From contig JBGAML010000023.1 in assembly GCA_044223005.1 (NCBI GenBank), positions 1 to 64,000 of the forward strand: DNA of 64,000 bases. Direction: 5' to 3'. This DNA comes from Candidatus Eiseniibacteriota bacterium (GTDB taxonomy: Bacteria > Eisenbacteria > RBG-16-71-46). This document shows, one piece after another, positions 48,995-59,764 of this stretch; position 1 is the first letter of the stretch; every line of letters starts with the position of its first letter. The notes beneath the pieces are model-generated. The model was given only the letters and a program-made list of their open reading frames with translations, had not been told where the DNA came from and did no database searches. The translations under genes were made by a program, and so were the position numbers.

Positions 48995-49431
48995 GCGTGC
49001 ACCCCGACGAGACCGGCGGCGCGCCGTCCGGCGGCCGCGCGACGGTCCCGGCGCTGCTCGTCATGCACGCCGACCTCGCGACCGCGCTGCTGCGCGCGGC
49101 GCAGAGCGTGTACGGCCCGATCGACGGCGTGCACGTGGTCTCGAACGAGGGCCTGTCGCGGCCCGAGATCGAGGCGCGCATCGCCGCCGAGGTCGCGCAC
49201 TGGTCGCAGGGCGGGCTCGTGCTCACCGACTTCTGGGGCGGCTCGTGCCACACGTGCGCGCTCGCCGCGGCGCGCGGCAACGGCCAGATCCTGCTGCTCA
49301 CCGGCGTCAACCTGCCGATGCTGCTCGACTACCTCCACAACCGCGACCAGTACGACGTCGAGGCGCTCGCCGAGCGCATGCTCCAGCGCGGGCGCGACAA
49401 CATCCGCACGCAGCGCGGCCCCGGCGCATGA
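48991..49431 (+). CDS. Mannose-class PTS EIIA
   Basis: VMH..LA, LTDFWGGSC, GVNLPML. Confidence 0.88.
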   Translation: MSVHPDETGGAPSGGRATVPALLVMHADLATALLRAAQSVYGPIDGVHVVSNEGLSRPEIEARIAAEVAHWSQGGLVLTDFWGGSCHTCALAAARGNGQILLLTGVNLPMLLDYLHNRDQYDVEALAERMLQRGRDNIRTQRGPGA

Positions 49432-49913
49432 GCTGGAGCCTGCTGCGCATCGACGACCGGCTGATCCACGGGCAGGTCCTGATCGCGTGGGGCGGCCGGC
49501 TGCATCCGCGCCGGCTCTGGCTCGTCGACGACGCGATCGCGGCCAGCGAGTGGGAGCGCCAGCTCTACGTGGACGCCGCGCCCGACTTCGAGGTGCACGT
49601 CGTGGACGTCGCCCAGGCGGCCGCGGCCTTCGCTCGCGAGTCCGAGGCGGCGGGCGGCGCGTTTCTGCTCGTGCGCGACCTCTCGACCGCATGGCGGCTC
49701 GTCGAGGCAGGGGCGGCGATCACCGGCTTCAACGTGGGTGGCCTGCACTACGCGCCGGGCAAGGCCAAGCTCAACGAGTTCGTCTACCTCGACGACGTGG
49801 ACCGCGAGGCGGCCCGCAAGCTGCTCGCGGCCGGCGTCGCGCTGGACGCGCAGGACGTGCCGGCCTCGCGCCCGCAGGCGCTGGCGGCGCTCGAGCCCTC
49901 GCTCGCGCGATGA
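49428..49913 (+). CDS. Mannose-class PTS EIIB
   Basis: RIDDRLIHGQV, NVGGLH. Confidence 0.92.
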   Translation: MSWSLLRIDDRLIHGQVLIAWGGRLHPRRLWLVDDAIAASEWERQLYVDAAPDFEVHVVDVAQAAAAFARESEAAGGAFLLVRDLSTAWRLVEAGAAITGFNVGGLHYAPGKAKLNEFVYLDDVDREAARKLLAAGVALDAQDVPASRPQALAALEPSLAR

Positions 49914-50617
49914 CCCGGCCCTTCGTCCTCACCGTCGTCCTCGGCGGGCTGGCGGCGCTCGACGCGACGCCGGTCGCGCAGACGCTGTTCTCGCAGCCGA
50001 TCGTCACGTCGCTGCTCCTCGGCTGGCTCTGGGGCGATCCGCAGACCGCACTCGCGGTCGGCGTCGTGCTGCAGATCCTCGCCGCCAGCACCACGCCGCT
50101 CGGCAGCCGCACGCCCGAGGACTACGCCACCGGCGGCGTCGCGGGTACCGCGGTCGCACTGGCGCTCGCGCACGGCGTCGAGATCGCGCCGTGGCGCGAC
50201 TCGGCCCAGCTCGCGGGCGTGTTCGTGGGGCTGCTCTGCGCCACGAGCGGCGTGCCGCTGATCAAGTGGCAGCGCCGCCGCAACGAAGGTCTCGCGAGCT
50301 GGTGCGAGTCCGAAGTCCGCGCCGGGCGCGAGGGCGCGCCCGCGCAGGCGCACGCGGCCGGCGTCGCCATGGCGTTCGCGGTCGGCGTCGCGCTCACGGC
50401 CGCGTGGATCGCCGCGGGCGTGCTGCTGCTGCGGCCGCTCGTCGAGCACGAATCGCTGCGGCTCTCGCGCGCGTGGACGCTCGCGCAGCCGCTCTGGCTC
50501 GGCTACGGCCTCGCGCAGCTGCTGCACGCGTTCGTGCAGCGGCGCATGACGCGCGTCGCCGTCTTCGGTGCGGCCATGGTGGGCGCGTGGCTCACGCTGA
50601 TCATGGGGACGCCATGA
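49910..50617 (+). CDS. Mannose-class PTS EIIC
   Basis: SQPIV...LG..WGD...G..LQ, multiple TM helices. Confidence 0.82.
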   Translation: MTRPFVLTVVLGGLAALDATPVAQTLFSQPIVTSLLLGWLWGDPQTALAVGVVLQILAASTTPLGSRTPEDYATGGVAGTAVALALAHGVEIAPWRDSAQLAGVFVGLLCATSGVPLIKWQRRRNEGLASWCESEVRAGREGAPAQAHAAGVAMAFAVGVALTAAWIAAGVLLLRPLVEHESLRLSRAWTLAQPLWLGYGLAQLLHAFVQRRMTRVAVFGAAMVGAWLTLIMGTP

Positions 50618-51372
50618 GCGGCCGCGTCGACCGGGCCACGCTGCTGCGCATGGCGGCGCGCGCGAACCTTCTGCAGGCGACGTGGAACTTCGAGCGCCAG
50701 CAGGGGATCGGCTGGGCGTACGCGCTGCAGCCCGCGCTCGAGCGGCTCTACGCCGACGCGGCCGAGCGGCAGGCGCGGCTCGCCGAGCACACCGCCTTCT
50801 TCAACACGCAGCCGACGCTCGCGTCGCTCGCGCTCGGCGCCGCCGCGCGGCTCGAGCAGCAGCGCGCCGAGACCGGGCAGCCCGACGCCGCCGGCATGGC
50901 GCGCGTGAAGGCGGCGCTGGGTTCGACACTGGCGGCGCTCGGCGACCGGCTCTTCTGGTTCTCGCTGCGCCCGTTCGCCGCCGCGCTCGGCGTGCTGGTG
51001 GCGCTCGCCCGGCCCGGCACCTTCTGGGGCCCGGCCGCGCTCCTGCTGGCGTACGCCGGCCCGCACCTCGCGCTCCGCACGCTGGGTGTCGGCTGGGGCT
51101 ACGCGCAGGGGCCCGGGGTGCTCGGCGGCTCGCTGCGGCGGGTGCTGGAGCGCGCCGTCACCGTGCTGGCCTACGGCGGTTGCGTCGTGATCGGGGTGCT
51201 CGTGGCCTACGCGCTGGCCCCCGGAGGCGAAACGCGGCCGATCGCGGTACAGTCCGCCCTGATCGGCGGCCTCGGTCTGGGGCTGCTGTCGGCGCAGCGC
51301 GCCCGGCCGTCGCCCACGCAGTGGGCGATGGGCCTGGGAGTGCTCGTCCTGCTGGCGGCATGGACACGCTAG
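50614..51372 (+). CDS. Mannose-class PTS EIID
   Basis: QATWNFERQQGIG, HTAFFNTQP, LAALGDRLFW. Confidence 0.9.
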   Translation: MSGRVDRATLLRMAARANLLQATWNFERQQGIGWAYALQPALERLYADAAERQARLAEHTAFFNTQPTLASLALGAAARLEQQRAETGQPDAAGMARVKAALGSTLAALGDRLFWFSLRPFAAALGVLVALARPGTFWGPAALLLAYAGPHLALRTLGVGWGYAQGPGVLGGSLRRVLERAVTVLAYGGCVVIGVLVAYALAPGGETRPIAVQSALIGGLGLGLLSAQRARPSPTQWAMGLGVLVLLAAWTR

Positions 51373-51429
51373 GGGACTTCGCGCGGCGGGGCCGCGCGGG
51401 GCGCAGATCGGATTCACCGGAGGAATCGC

Positions 51430-51699
51430 TTGGCTGAGATCCAGTTGCTGATCCGCAACCAGCTCGGGCTGCACGCGCGCGCGTGTGCCCTGTTCGTCAA
51501 GGCCGCCTCGAAGTTCAAGTGCGACGTGTTCGTGTCGCGTGACGACCTCGAAGTGAACGGCAAGAGCATCATGGGCGTCATGATGCTGGCCGCCGAGGAA
51601 GGCGCGACGATCACCGTGCGTGCGAGCGGGGCCGACGAAGCCGACGCCCTGGCGGCGTTGCGCGAGCTGGTCGACGGCAAGTTCGGGGGCGAGCCGTGA
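51430..51699 (+). CDS. ptsH: Phosphocarrier protein HPr
   Basis: GLHARA (His15) and NGKSIMGVMML (Ser46); TTG start with SD GGAGG. Confidence 0.95.
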   Translation: MAEIQLLIRNQLGLHARACALFVKAASKFKCDVFVSRDDLEVNGKSIMGVMMLAAEEGATITVRASGADEADALAALRELVDGKFGGEP

Positions 51700-53477
51700 G
51701 ACTCACCGGCATCGCCGCGTCGCCCGGGCTCGCCCTGGGCCCGGTGTTCCGCTTCGAGCGCGAGGAGATCGCCGTGCGCGAGGTGGAGATCGCGCCGGAG
51801 GCCGCCGCCTCCGAGGTCGCGCGTTTCCACGCCGCGCTCGAGGTGTCGCGCAAGGAACTCGCGAGCATCCGCGGCAGCATCGCGAACGAGCTGAGCGAGG
51901 CCGAAGCCAACATCTACGACGCGCACCTGATGATCCTCGGCGACCCCGAACTGCTCGCCGCCGTCGAGCGCGGGATCCGCGAGGACCATCGCAGCGCCGC
52001 GTTCGTGTTCCGTGGCTACATGGCCACCGTCGTGGCGCGCTTCGACAATCTCGAGGACGAATACCTGCGCGAGCGGCGCGCGGACATCGTCGACTGCGCG
52101 CGCCGCGTGCTGCGCCACCTGCTCGGCACCGGAACGCGCCAGCTGGACGACCTGCGCGAACCCGCGATCGTCGTCGCGCACGACCTCGGCCCCAGCGAAG
52201 TGGCGATGCTGCCGCGCGACAAGGTGCTCGCGTTCGTGCTCGAGGTGGGCGGGCGCACGTCGCACGGCGCGATCGTGGCGCGCGGCCGCGGCATTCCCGC
52301 CGTGGTCAGCGTGCCCTCGGCGCTGCAGGCGGTGAAGAACGGCGTCACGGCGGCGGTCGACGGCTACCTCGGCGTGCTCGAGCTCGAGCCCACCGAATCC
52401 GCGCTCGCGTTCTACCGCATGCGGATCGCCCGCGCCCACGCGCGCGTCGAGTCCATGCGCGCCCTGGAGCGCGAACCGGCGACCACGCGCGACGGCCACA
52501 CGATCGAGCTGGGCGCAAACCTCGAGCTGCCGGGCGAGGCCGACGCGGCCGCGGCCTCCGGCGCCGACGGCATCGGGCTCTTCCGCACCGAGTTCTTCTA
52601 CCTGAACCGTTCCGAGAGCCCGACGGAGGAGGAGCAGTACCAGGCCTACCGCCACGTGACCGAGCGCATGTCCGGGCGGCCGGTGATCTTCCGCACCATG
52701 GACCTCGGCGGCGACAAGGTCGCCTCGTACCTCGGCGTCACGCACGAGACGAATCCCTTCCTCGGCCTGCGAGGCATCCGGCTCGCGCTCAACAGCCCGG
52801 AGCTCTTCCGCACGCAGATTCGCGCGATCTACCGCGCGAGCGCGCACGGGCGCGTGCGGATGATGTTCCCCATGGTCTCGAGCGTCGAGGAGCTGCTGCG
52901 CGCGCTGGAGCTGCGCGACGGCGTGCTCGCCGACCTGCGCGCGGCCGGCGTCGCGTTCGATCCCCGGGTCGAGACCGGCATCATGATCGAGACGCCGAGC
53001 GCCGTATGGATGGCCGACGCGCTGGCGAAGCACGCCGACTTCTTCTCGATCGGCTCCAACGACCTCATCCAGTACACGCTCGCGATGGACCGCGACAACC
53101 CGCGGCTCGCGCACCTCTACGAACCTCTCGATCCGGCCGTGCTGCGCAGCGTTCACCACACCGTCGAGGCGGCGCACGCCGCCGGACGCTGGGTCGGCGT
53201 GTGCGGCGAGATGGCCGGCGACCCGCAGAACGCCGTGCTGCTCATGGGGCTCGGCGTCGACGAACTGTCGGTCTCGGTGTACGACGTCCCGCGGGTCAAG
53301 GCCGCGGTGCGCGCCGTCAACTGGGAGGCCGTGCGCGGCGTCGCCGCCGAGGCGCTGAAGTGCGCGTCGGCCGAACCTGTGCGCGAGCTCGTGCGCCGCG
53401 AGATCGACCGACTGCTTCCCAGCTTCCTCGTGCAGGATCGCTCCCAGGACCCCGCAGCCGCGCAAGGAGACGCATGA
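51696..53477 (+). CDS. ptsI: PTS enzyme I
   Basis: GGRTSHGAI, GIGLFRTEF, NPFLGLRGIR, SIGSNDL, GVCGEMAGD. Confidence 0.96.
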   Translation: MRLTGIAASPGLALGPVFRFEREEIAVREVEIAPEAAASEVARFHAALEVSRKELASIRGSIANELSEAEANIYDAHLMILGDPELLAAVERGIREDHRSAAFVFRGYMATVVARFDNLEDEYLRERRADIVDCARRVLRHLLGTGTRQLDDLREPAIVVAHDLGPSEVAMLPRDKVLAFVLEVGGRTSHGAIVARGRGIPAVVSVPSALQAVKNGVTAAVDGYLGVLELEPTESALAFYRMRIARAHARVESMRALEREPATTRDGHTIELGANLELPGEADAAAASGADGIGLFRTEFFYLNRSESPTEEEQYQAYRHVTERMSGRPVIFRTMDLGGDKVASYLGVTHETNPFLGLRGIRLALNSPELFRTQIRAIYRASAHGRVRMMFPMVSSVEELLRALELRDGVLADLRAAGVAFDPRVETGIMIETPSAVWMADALAKHADFFSIGSNDLIQYTLAMDRDNPRLAHLYEPLDPAVLRSVHHTVEAAHAAGRWVGVCGEMAGDPQNAVLLMGLGVDELSVSVYDVPRVKAAVRAVNWEAVRGVAAEALKCASAEPVRELVRREIDRLLPSFLVQDRSQDPAAAQGDA

Positions 53478-54562
53478 CCCCCGACGTTCTTTCGCTCGAG
53501 GCGCCCTTCGGCGCCCGCGATGCCCACGGCATGACCGCGCTCGTCGAGGCGATTCCCGATCACATCGAACAGGCGCTGGCCCGCACCGAGTCCGCGCCGT
53601 GGCAGCTGCCCGTCCGCGTGCCCGACCTGGTCGCCGTCGGCGGCATGGGCGGCTCGGCGATCGCGGCGGAGATGACCGGCGGCCTCTGGGCCGACACGCT
53701 GCCGCGCCCGTGGCTGGTGGTGCGCGACTATCGCTGGCCCGCGTGCGTCGGCCCGCGTTCGCTGGCCGTGCTGTCGTCCAACTCGGGCAACACCGAGGAG
53801 ACGCTGGCGCTCGAGCGCATGGCGCGCGAACAGAACGTCCCCGTGGTCGGCATGACCTCGGGCGGCGAACTCGCCGCGCGGCTGCACGCCGCGAACGACC
53901 ACGTGCAGGCGCTGCCGTCGGGCATGCCGCCGCGCGCGGCGTTCTTCCACGCGTGGGTGCCCATGACGCGGCTCGTGGCGACGCTCGGCTGGGTCGCCGA
54001 CGTGGGCGCCGCGTGGCGCGAGGCCGCGGCGATCACGCGCGGCAAGCTCGCCTCGCTCGGCGCCGCGGTCCCGGAGTCGGCCAATCCCGCCAAGCAGCTC
54101 GCGCGCGAGCTGCACGGCCGGCTCGTGCTGGTCTACGCGGCTTCGGGCCCGCTGGCCGCGGTCGCCACGCGCTGGCGACAGCAGCTGAACGAAAATGCTA
54201 AGATGCTCGGCCATTCCGCCACCGTGCCCGAGTTGAACCACAACGAGATCGTCGGCTGGCAGGCCCCCACGGACCTGCACCGCTCGATCGCCGTCGTGGT
54301 GCTGCGGGACCGGGAGGATTCGGCCGAGTGCCGCACCCGGCTCGACCTCACGGCGGAGTACGCGGCCCGCCAGGGTGCGGCCGTGCACGAGTTCGCGACC
54401 ACGGGGGAGAGCCGCATCGCGCGGCTGGCCTCGCTGGTCCAGTTCGGCGATCACGTGAGTCTGTACCTCGCGCTCCTGGGCGGGGTGGACCCCACGGACA
54501 TCACGAGCATCGACGAGTTCAAGCGGCGGCTGGCCGAAGCGGCCGCGCCGCGCAGGCAGTAG
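53474..54562 (+). CDS. Bifunctional phosphoglucose/phosphomannose isomerase (SIS type)
   Basis: [41 protein letters not shown]. Confidence 0.9.
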   Translation: MTPDVLSLEAPFGARDAHGMTALVEAIPDHIEQALARTESAPWQLPVRVPDLVAVGGMGGSAIAAEMTGGLWADTLPRPWLVVRDYRWPACVGPRSLAVLSSNSGNTEETLALERMAREQNVPVVGMTSGGELAARLHAANDHVQALPSGMPPRAAFFHAWVPMTRLVATLGWVADVGAAWREAAAITRGKLASLGAAVPESANPAKQLARELHGRLVLVYAASGPLAAVATRWRQQLNENAKMLGHSATVPELNHNEIVGWQAPTDLHRSIAVVVLRDREDSAECRTRLDLTAEYAARQGAAVHEFATTGESRIARLASLVQFGDHVSLYLALLGGVDPTDITSIDEFKRRLAEAAAPRRQ

Positions 54563-54615
54563 CCCGACCGCCGGAAGCAGCCGCTCCGGCGCGGCACAAC
54601 CCAAGGAGCCATTCG

Positions 54616-55758
54616 ATGGCGTCGCGCCACCTCTTCACGTCCGAGTCCGTCACCGAGGGACACCCGGACAAGATCGCCGACCAGATCTCCGACTCCGTAC
54701 TCGACGCCATGCTGGCGCAGGACAAGTACAGCCGCGTGGCCTGCGAGACGATGGTGACGACCGGACTCGCGGTCGTCGCGGGCGAGATCACCACGAAGGC
54801 GTACGTCGAGATCCCGCAGCTCGTGCGCAAGGTGATCCACGACATCGGCTACAACGACGCGGCCTTCGGTTTCGACAGCCACACCTGTGCCGTCATGACC
54901 ACGATCGACCAGCAGTCGCCCGACATCGCGATGGGCGTCAACACCGGTGGCGCCGGCGACCAGGGCCTGATGTTCGGCTACGCCTGCAACGAGACGCCGG
55001 AGCTGATGCCGCTGCCGATCACGCTGGCGCACAAGATGGCCATGCGCCTCGCGCAGGTGCGCCGCAAGGGCGTCGTCGACTACCTGCGCCCCGACGGCAA
55101 GACGCAGGTCACGGTGGAGTACGAAGGCGACCGCCCGGTGCGGATCGACACGGTCGTGCTCTCGACGCAGCACTCCGAGAAGGCCGGGCACGCGAAGATC
55201 CGGCGCGACATGATCGAGAAGGTGATCCTGCCGCTGCTGCCCAAGCGCCTCATCAAGCGCGACAAGCCGGTCAAGTTCCACGTCAACCCGACCGGCAGCT
55301 TCGTGATCGGCGGCCCGATGGGCGACTGCGGCCTCACCGGCCGCAAGATCATCGTCGACACGTACGGCGGCATGGGCCGGCACGGCGGTGGCGCGTTCTC
55401 GGGCAAGGATCCGAGCAAGGTCGACCGTTCGGCCTGCTACGCCGCACGCTGGGTGGCCAAGAACCTCGTCGCCGCGGGCCTGTGCGACCGCTGCGAGGTG
55501 CAGGTCGCGTACGCGATCGGCGTCGCCGAGCCGGTGAGCGTGATGGTGGACAGCTTCGGCACCGGCAAGGTGAGCGACGTCAAGCTCACGAGCCTCGTGC
55601 GCAAGCACTTCGACCTCACGCCGCGCGGCATCATGGACTCGCTCAAGCTGCGCCGCCCGATCTACCGCAAGACGGCGGCCTACGGACACTTCGGACGCTC
55701 GGAGTTCGCGTGGGAGCAGACCACCAAGGCGAAGGCGCTGGCCGCGGCCGCGCGCTGA
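54616..55758 (+). CDS. metK: S-adenosylmethionine synthetase
   Basis: [28 protein letters not shown]. Confidence 0.98.
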   Translation: MASRHLFTSESVTEGHPDKIADQISDSVLDAMLAQDKYSRVACETMVTTGLAVVAGEITTKAYVEIPQLVRKVIHDIGYNDAAFGFDSHTCAVMTTIDQQSPDIAMGVNTGGAGDQGLMFGYACNETPELMPLPITLAHKMAMRLAQVRRKGVVDYLRPDGKTQVTVEYEGDRPVRIDTVVLSTQHSEKAGHAKIRRDMIEKVILPLLPKRLIKRDKPVKFHVNPTGSFVIGGPMGDCGLTGRKIIVDTYGGMGRHGGGAFSGKDPSKVDRSACYAARWVAKNLVAAGLCDRCEVQVAYAIGVAEPVSVMVDSFGTGKVSDVKLTSLVRKHFDLTPRGIMDSLKLRRPIYRKTAAYGHFGRSEFAWEQTTKAKALAAAAR

Positions 55759-55775
55759 CCCTGCACGCCGTACCC

Positions 55776-55807
55776 GAACGCCCCGGCGGATCACCGCCGG
55801 GGCGTTC
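55776..55807 (+). terminator. Hairpin after metK
   Basis: GAACGCCCCGGCGG-ATCA-CCGCCGGGGCGTTC. Confidence 0.65.
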
Positions 55808-55958
55808 GCCGTTCCGGGAACGCCGCCGGCCGCGCACGTCGGTCGCGCCTCCGCGCTCGTAGGCCGGAGGGCCGGCACGCGTGGACGGTGCGGGGGGCGC
55901 GTGCCATAGTCCGGCGGCTTTTCGCAGCCCCCGGTCCCAGCCTTTCAAGGAGGATGGA

Positions 55959-57539
55959 ATGCCGTTCCCGTCGCTTCGAACCGCCGCGCGCGCGTTCGTG
56001 GGCGCGGGCCTGCTGCTGGGCGTGGTCAGTGCCGCCGCGTTCGCAGCACCCGCGAAGTCCACGACCCCCGCGCCGGTCCGCACCGGTCTCGAGACGCTCG
56101 AGAAGCAGGTGCAGGAGTTCACGCTGCCCAACGGGCTGCGCTTCCTGGTGGTGGAACGCCACCAGGCGCCGGTCTTCAGCTTCTTCACCGTGGTGAACTC
56201 CGGCTCGGCCAACGACGCCGTGGGTACCACCGGCATCGCCCACATGATGGAGCACATGGCCTTCAAGGGCACCTCGCTCGTGGGCACCAGCGACTACTCC
56301 AAGGAGAAGCCGCTGATGGACGCCGAGGACGCGGCGTGGGCGCGGCTGCTCGACGAGCGCCGCAAGGGCCCCCGCGCCGATACGACGCAGCTCAAGACGC
56401 TCGAGAAGGCGTTCCAGGACGCGCAGGAAGCCGCGCGCCAGTACGTGGTCTCGAACGAGTACTCGACGCTCGTCGAGCAGGCGGGCGGCCAGAACATCAA
56501 CGCGTTCACGGCCGAGGACATCACCGCCTACTTCTACTCGCTACCATCCAACCGCTTCGAGATGTGGGCCTCGCTGTTCGCCGGCGCGCTGGTCGACCCG
56601 GTGTTCCGCGAGTTCTACAAGGAGCGCGACGTCGTCTACGAGGAGCGGCGCCTCCGCGTCGAGTCCTCGCCGATCGGGCGGCTGCTCTACGAGTTCATCA
56701 CGACCGCCTTCAACGCCCACCCGTACGGGTTCGGCGGCATCGGCTATCCGTCGGACCTCAAGACGTTCAGCCGGCCGCAGGGCGAAGAGTTCTTCCGCCG
56801 CAACTACGTCGCCAAGAACATCACGATGGTCGTGGTCGGCGACGTCACGCTCGCCCAGGTGAAGCAGGCGGCGACGAAGTACTTCTCGGCGCTCTCCGAC
56901 GCGCCCGCGCCGCCGCCGATCGACACCGTCGAGCCGAAGCAGATCGCGGAGCGGCGCGTGATCCTCGAGGACAAGGCGCAGCCGATCGTGATCGTCGGCT
57001 GGCACGTGCCGGCGGCGTCCGACCCGCACTACGCCGCGGTGAAGGCGGCGGCCGACCTGCTGGGCGGCGGGCGCTGGTCGCGGCTCTACAAGGCGCTCGT
57101 GAAGGAGAAGAAGATCTGCGCCCAGGCGGGCTGTGGCGCCGGCAACCCCGGTGAGAAGTACCCGAACCTCTTCACGCTGTTCCTGGTGCCCGCACGCGGC
57201 GAGGATCCCGAGAAGGTGGAGCAGGAGGCCTACCGCGTGATCGACGACGTGCTGAAGGAGCATCCGTTCACGGCCGAGGAGCTGAACGGCTACAAGGTGC
57301 GCGTGCGTGCCGAGAAGATCGGCGCCGTGGACGGCAACGGCGACCTCGCCGGCGAGCTCGGCCAGGCGCAGGCGATCTACGGTGGCTGGCGCGAGTTCTT
57401 CCGCGAACAGGAGCGCGTGCAGTCGCTGCGGCCGGAGGACCTCACGGCCGTCGTGCGCGAGTACCTGGTCGCGAGCAACCGCACGGTGGCCATGATCCGC
57501 AACCCGCAGGCAGCTGCGGCGAACGAGGGAGGGCGCTGA
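55959..57539 (+). CDS. Secreted M16 family zinc peptidase, catalytic subunit
   Basis: Signal peptide, TGIAHMMEHMAFKG (HXXEH), NAFT, EERR. Confidence 0.93.
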   Translation: MPFPSLRTAARAFVGAGLLLGVVSAAAFAAPAKSTTPAPVRTGLETLEKQVQEFTLPNGLRFLVVERHQAPVFSFFTVVNSGSANDAVGTTGIAHMMEHMAFKGTSLVGTSDYSKEKPLMDAEDAAWARLLDERRKGPRADTTQLKTLEKAFQDAQEAARQYVVSNEYSTLVEQAGGQNINAFTAEDITAYFYSLPSNRFEMWASLFAGALVDPVFREFYKERDVVYEERRLRVESSPIGRLLYEFITTAFNAHPYGFGGIGYPSDLKTFSRPQGEEFFRRNYVAKNITMVVVGDVTLAQVKQAATKYFSALSDAPAPPPIDTVEPKQIAERRVILEDKAQPIVIVGWHVPAASDPHYAAVKAAADLLGGGRWSRLYKALVKEKKICAQAGCGAGNPGEKYPNLFTLFLVPARGEDPEKVEQEAYRVIDDVLKEHPFTAEELNGYKVRVRAEKIGAVDGNGDLAGELGQAQAIYGGWREFFREQERVQSLRPEDLTAVVREYLVASNRTVAMIRNPQAAAANEGGR

Positions 57540-57540
57540 C

Positions 57541-59700
57541 ATGACGACGACCCTGCGTTTCGCGCGCCCGCTGTTCGCGTCGCTGCTCGCGCTCGGCCTG
57601 GTGGCCGGGGCCGTGGCGGCCGCGACCGACGTGTCCATCTACGACCCCCGGAAGTTCCCCACGCCGCCGATCGGCAAGGTCTCGCAGGTGCAGCCACAGC
57701 GCCTCGTGCTGCCGAACGGCGTGGTGGTCTACCTGCTCGAGAACCACGACCTGCCGGTGGTGAAGGGCATCGCCTACTTCCCGACGTCGCCGACGCTGGC
57801 GCCGGCCGACCGGGCGGGCCTGTTCGGCCTGACCGGTGACGTGATGCGCTCCGGCGGCACCGCGGCGCACACGGGCGACTGGCTCGACGACCGCCTCGCG
57901 GCGATCGGCGGCTCGGTCAGCTCGAGCCTGTCGAACACGTTCGCCAACGTGGGCTTCCGCTCGCTCACCGAGAACACGGCCGAAGTGGTCGGGCTCTGGG
58001 CCGAGGTGATGCGCAAGCCGGCGTTCCCGGACGACAAGATCGAACTCGCGAAGGTCGGCCTGCGCCGCCAGATCGCGAGCCGCAACGACGAGATGATGTC
58101 GATGCTCTTCCGCACGTCCTCGCGCGCGGTCTACGGGGCCGACAGCCCGTGGGCGCTGCAGCCCGAGTACGCGACGATCGAGCCGATCGACGCCAGCGAC
58201 TGCCGCAAGCTGCACGATCAGGTCTACGTGCCGGAGCGGATGATCGTCGCCATCTACGGCGATTTCCGCACGGCCGAGATGAAGGCGCTGCTGCTGGCGA
58301 AGTTGGGCGACTGGAAGAAGAGCGGCACGCCCAAGCCCGTGCTGCCGCCCACGCCGACGTCGGTGCAGCCCAAGCTGTACTACGCGGCCAAGGAAGACGT
58401 GACGCAGTCGGGCATCGTGGTGACCCAGCCCGGCTCGCGCACGGACGATCCCGACTACGCCTCGCTGCAGGTGCTCGAGCAGGGCCTGGGCGGCGGCTTC
58501 TCGTCGCGGCTCGTGAACCACATCCGCACGCAGCGCGGTCTCGCGTACGCCGCCGGCGCCTCGATCGGCAGCGACTACGTGAAGCCGGGCGTGTTCGTGG
58601 GCTACACGCTCACCAAGAGCGAGTCGACCATGACGGCGCTGCAGCTGCTGCGGGACGACATCCGCGCCGTCACGCAGGCGCCCTTCAGCGACGAGGAGCT
58701 CCAGGTCGCCAAGCAGGCGGTCGTGAACGGGTTCGTCTTCAACTTCGAGGACCCGAGCCAGGCGCTCTTCCGCGCCGCCTACTACGAGTCGGTGGGCTAC
58801 CCGGCCGACTTCCTGCAGACGTACCAGAAGGGGCTCGACGCCGTGACCGCGCAGTCGGTGCTCGCGGCCGCCAAGCGCAAGATCACGCCGGACCAGCAGG
58901 CGGTGATCATCGTCGGCCGCGAGAGCGACTTCGCGCAGCCGCTGACCTCGGCGGGCCTGCCCGTCGAGCGGATGGACCTCACGATTCCGCCGCCGCCTTC
59001 CAAGCTGGGCAAGGTGAGCGCCTCGCCGCAGTCCAAGGGCCAGGCGAAGGCTTGGCTCGACGCGGCGGTCAAGGCCGCGGGCGGCAGCGCCGCGTGGGCG
59101 GCCGTGCACTCGGTGACCGAATCGACCGAAGGCACCGTCAGCATGATGGGGCAGACGATCTCCGTCTCGGGCGAGGAGTCGTTCCGGTTTCCCGATCACA
59201 AGGCGGCGACGCAGAAGCTGCCCTTCGGCGAGCTCAAGACCGGGTTCGACGGCAAGGTCGGCTGGATGAGCGCCATGGGCCAGATGCAGGAGAACCCGAA
59301 GGCCGCCGAGGAAGCCGCCAAGGAGTGGGAGCGTTCGCTCTGGCGGATCTTCTCGGATCCCTCCAAGGTCGAGCTGTCGGCACTCGAGGCGCCCGAGACC
59401 GTGGACGGCGTCGCGTACCACGTCGCCGTGCTGGCCGGGGCGAAGACGCCCGATCTCGCGATGCTGTTCGCACCCGACGGCACGTTCGCCGGCTGGGCCT
59501 ACCAGGACGCGGGGCAGGGGCAGGTCGGCCCGGCGCGCGTGATCGAGCTCTATTCGGCCTGGGCGCCGGAGGGCTCGCTCCATTACCCGCACGCGGTCAA
59601 GATCACGCGGGACGGCAAGCCGTTCCTCGAGGGCAAGGTGACCGCGCTCAAGCTGAACCCGACGCTCGCGGACGCGCTGTTCGCGAAGCCCGCGCAGTAA
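57541..59700 (+). CDS. M16 peptidase non-catalytic subunit with an extra C-terminal domain
   Basis: No HXXEH; GGGFSSRL..IR..RGLAY; about 200-aa beta-rich C-terminal extension. Confidence 0.88.
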   Translation: MTTTLRFARPLFASLLALGLVAGAVAAATDVSIYDPRKFPTPPIGKVSQVQPQRLVLPNGVVVYLLENHDLPVVKGIAYFPTSPTLAPADRAGLFGLTGDVMRSGGTAAHTGDWLDDRLAAIGGSVSSSLSNTFANVGFRSLTENTAEVVGLWAEVMRKPAFPDDKIELAKVGLRRQIASRNDEMMSMLFRTSSRAVYGADSPWALQPEYATIEPIDASDCRKLHDQVYVPERMIVAIYGDFRTAEMKALLLAKLGDWKKSGTPKPVLPPTPTSVQPKLYYAAKEDVTQSGIVVTQPGSRTDDPDYASLQVLEQGLGGGFSSRLVNHIRTQRGLAYAAGASIGSDYVKPGVFVGYTLTKSESTMTALQLLRDDIRAVTQAPFSDEELQVAKQAVVNGFVFNFEDPSQALFRAAYYESVGYPADFLQTYQKGLDAVTAQSVLAAAKRKITPDQQAVIIVGRESDFAQPLTSAGLPVERMDLTIPPPPSKLGKVSASPQSKGQAKAWLDAAVKAAGGSAAWAAVHSVTESTEGTVSMMGQTISVSGEESFRFPDHKAATQKLPFGELKTGFDGKVGWMSAMGQMQENPKAAEEAAKEWERSLWRIFSDPSKVELSALEAPETVDGVAYHVAVLAGAKTPDLAMLFAPDGTFAGWAYQDAGQGQVGPARVIELYSAWAPEGSLHYPHAVKITRDGKPFLEGKVTALKLNPTLADALFAKPAQ

Positions 59701-59764
59701 CACTCGCATCGACGACCGGCGGGCGGCGCGACTCGCGCCGCCCGTCGTCGTTCCGGGGGGACGC

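Noticed and set aside
54563..54615. SRP RNA or SAM riboswitch before metK (CCGGAAGCAGCC)
   Set aside because: Only a partial match; the CAGG...GGAA...AGCAG domain is incomplete and the spacer is only about 50 bp.
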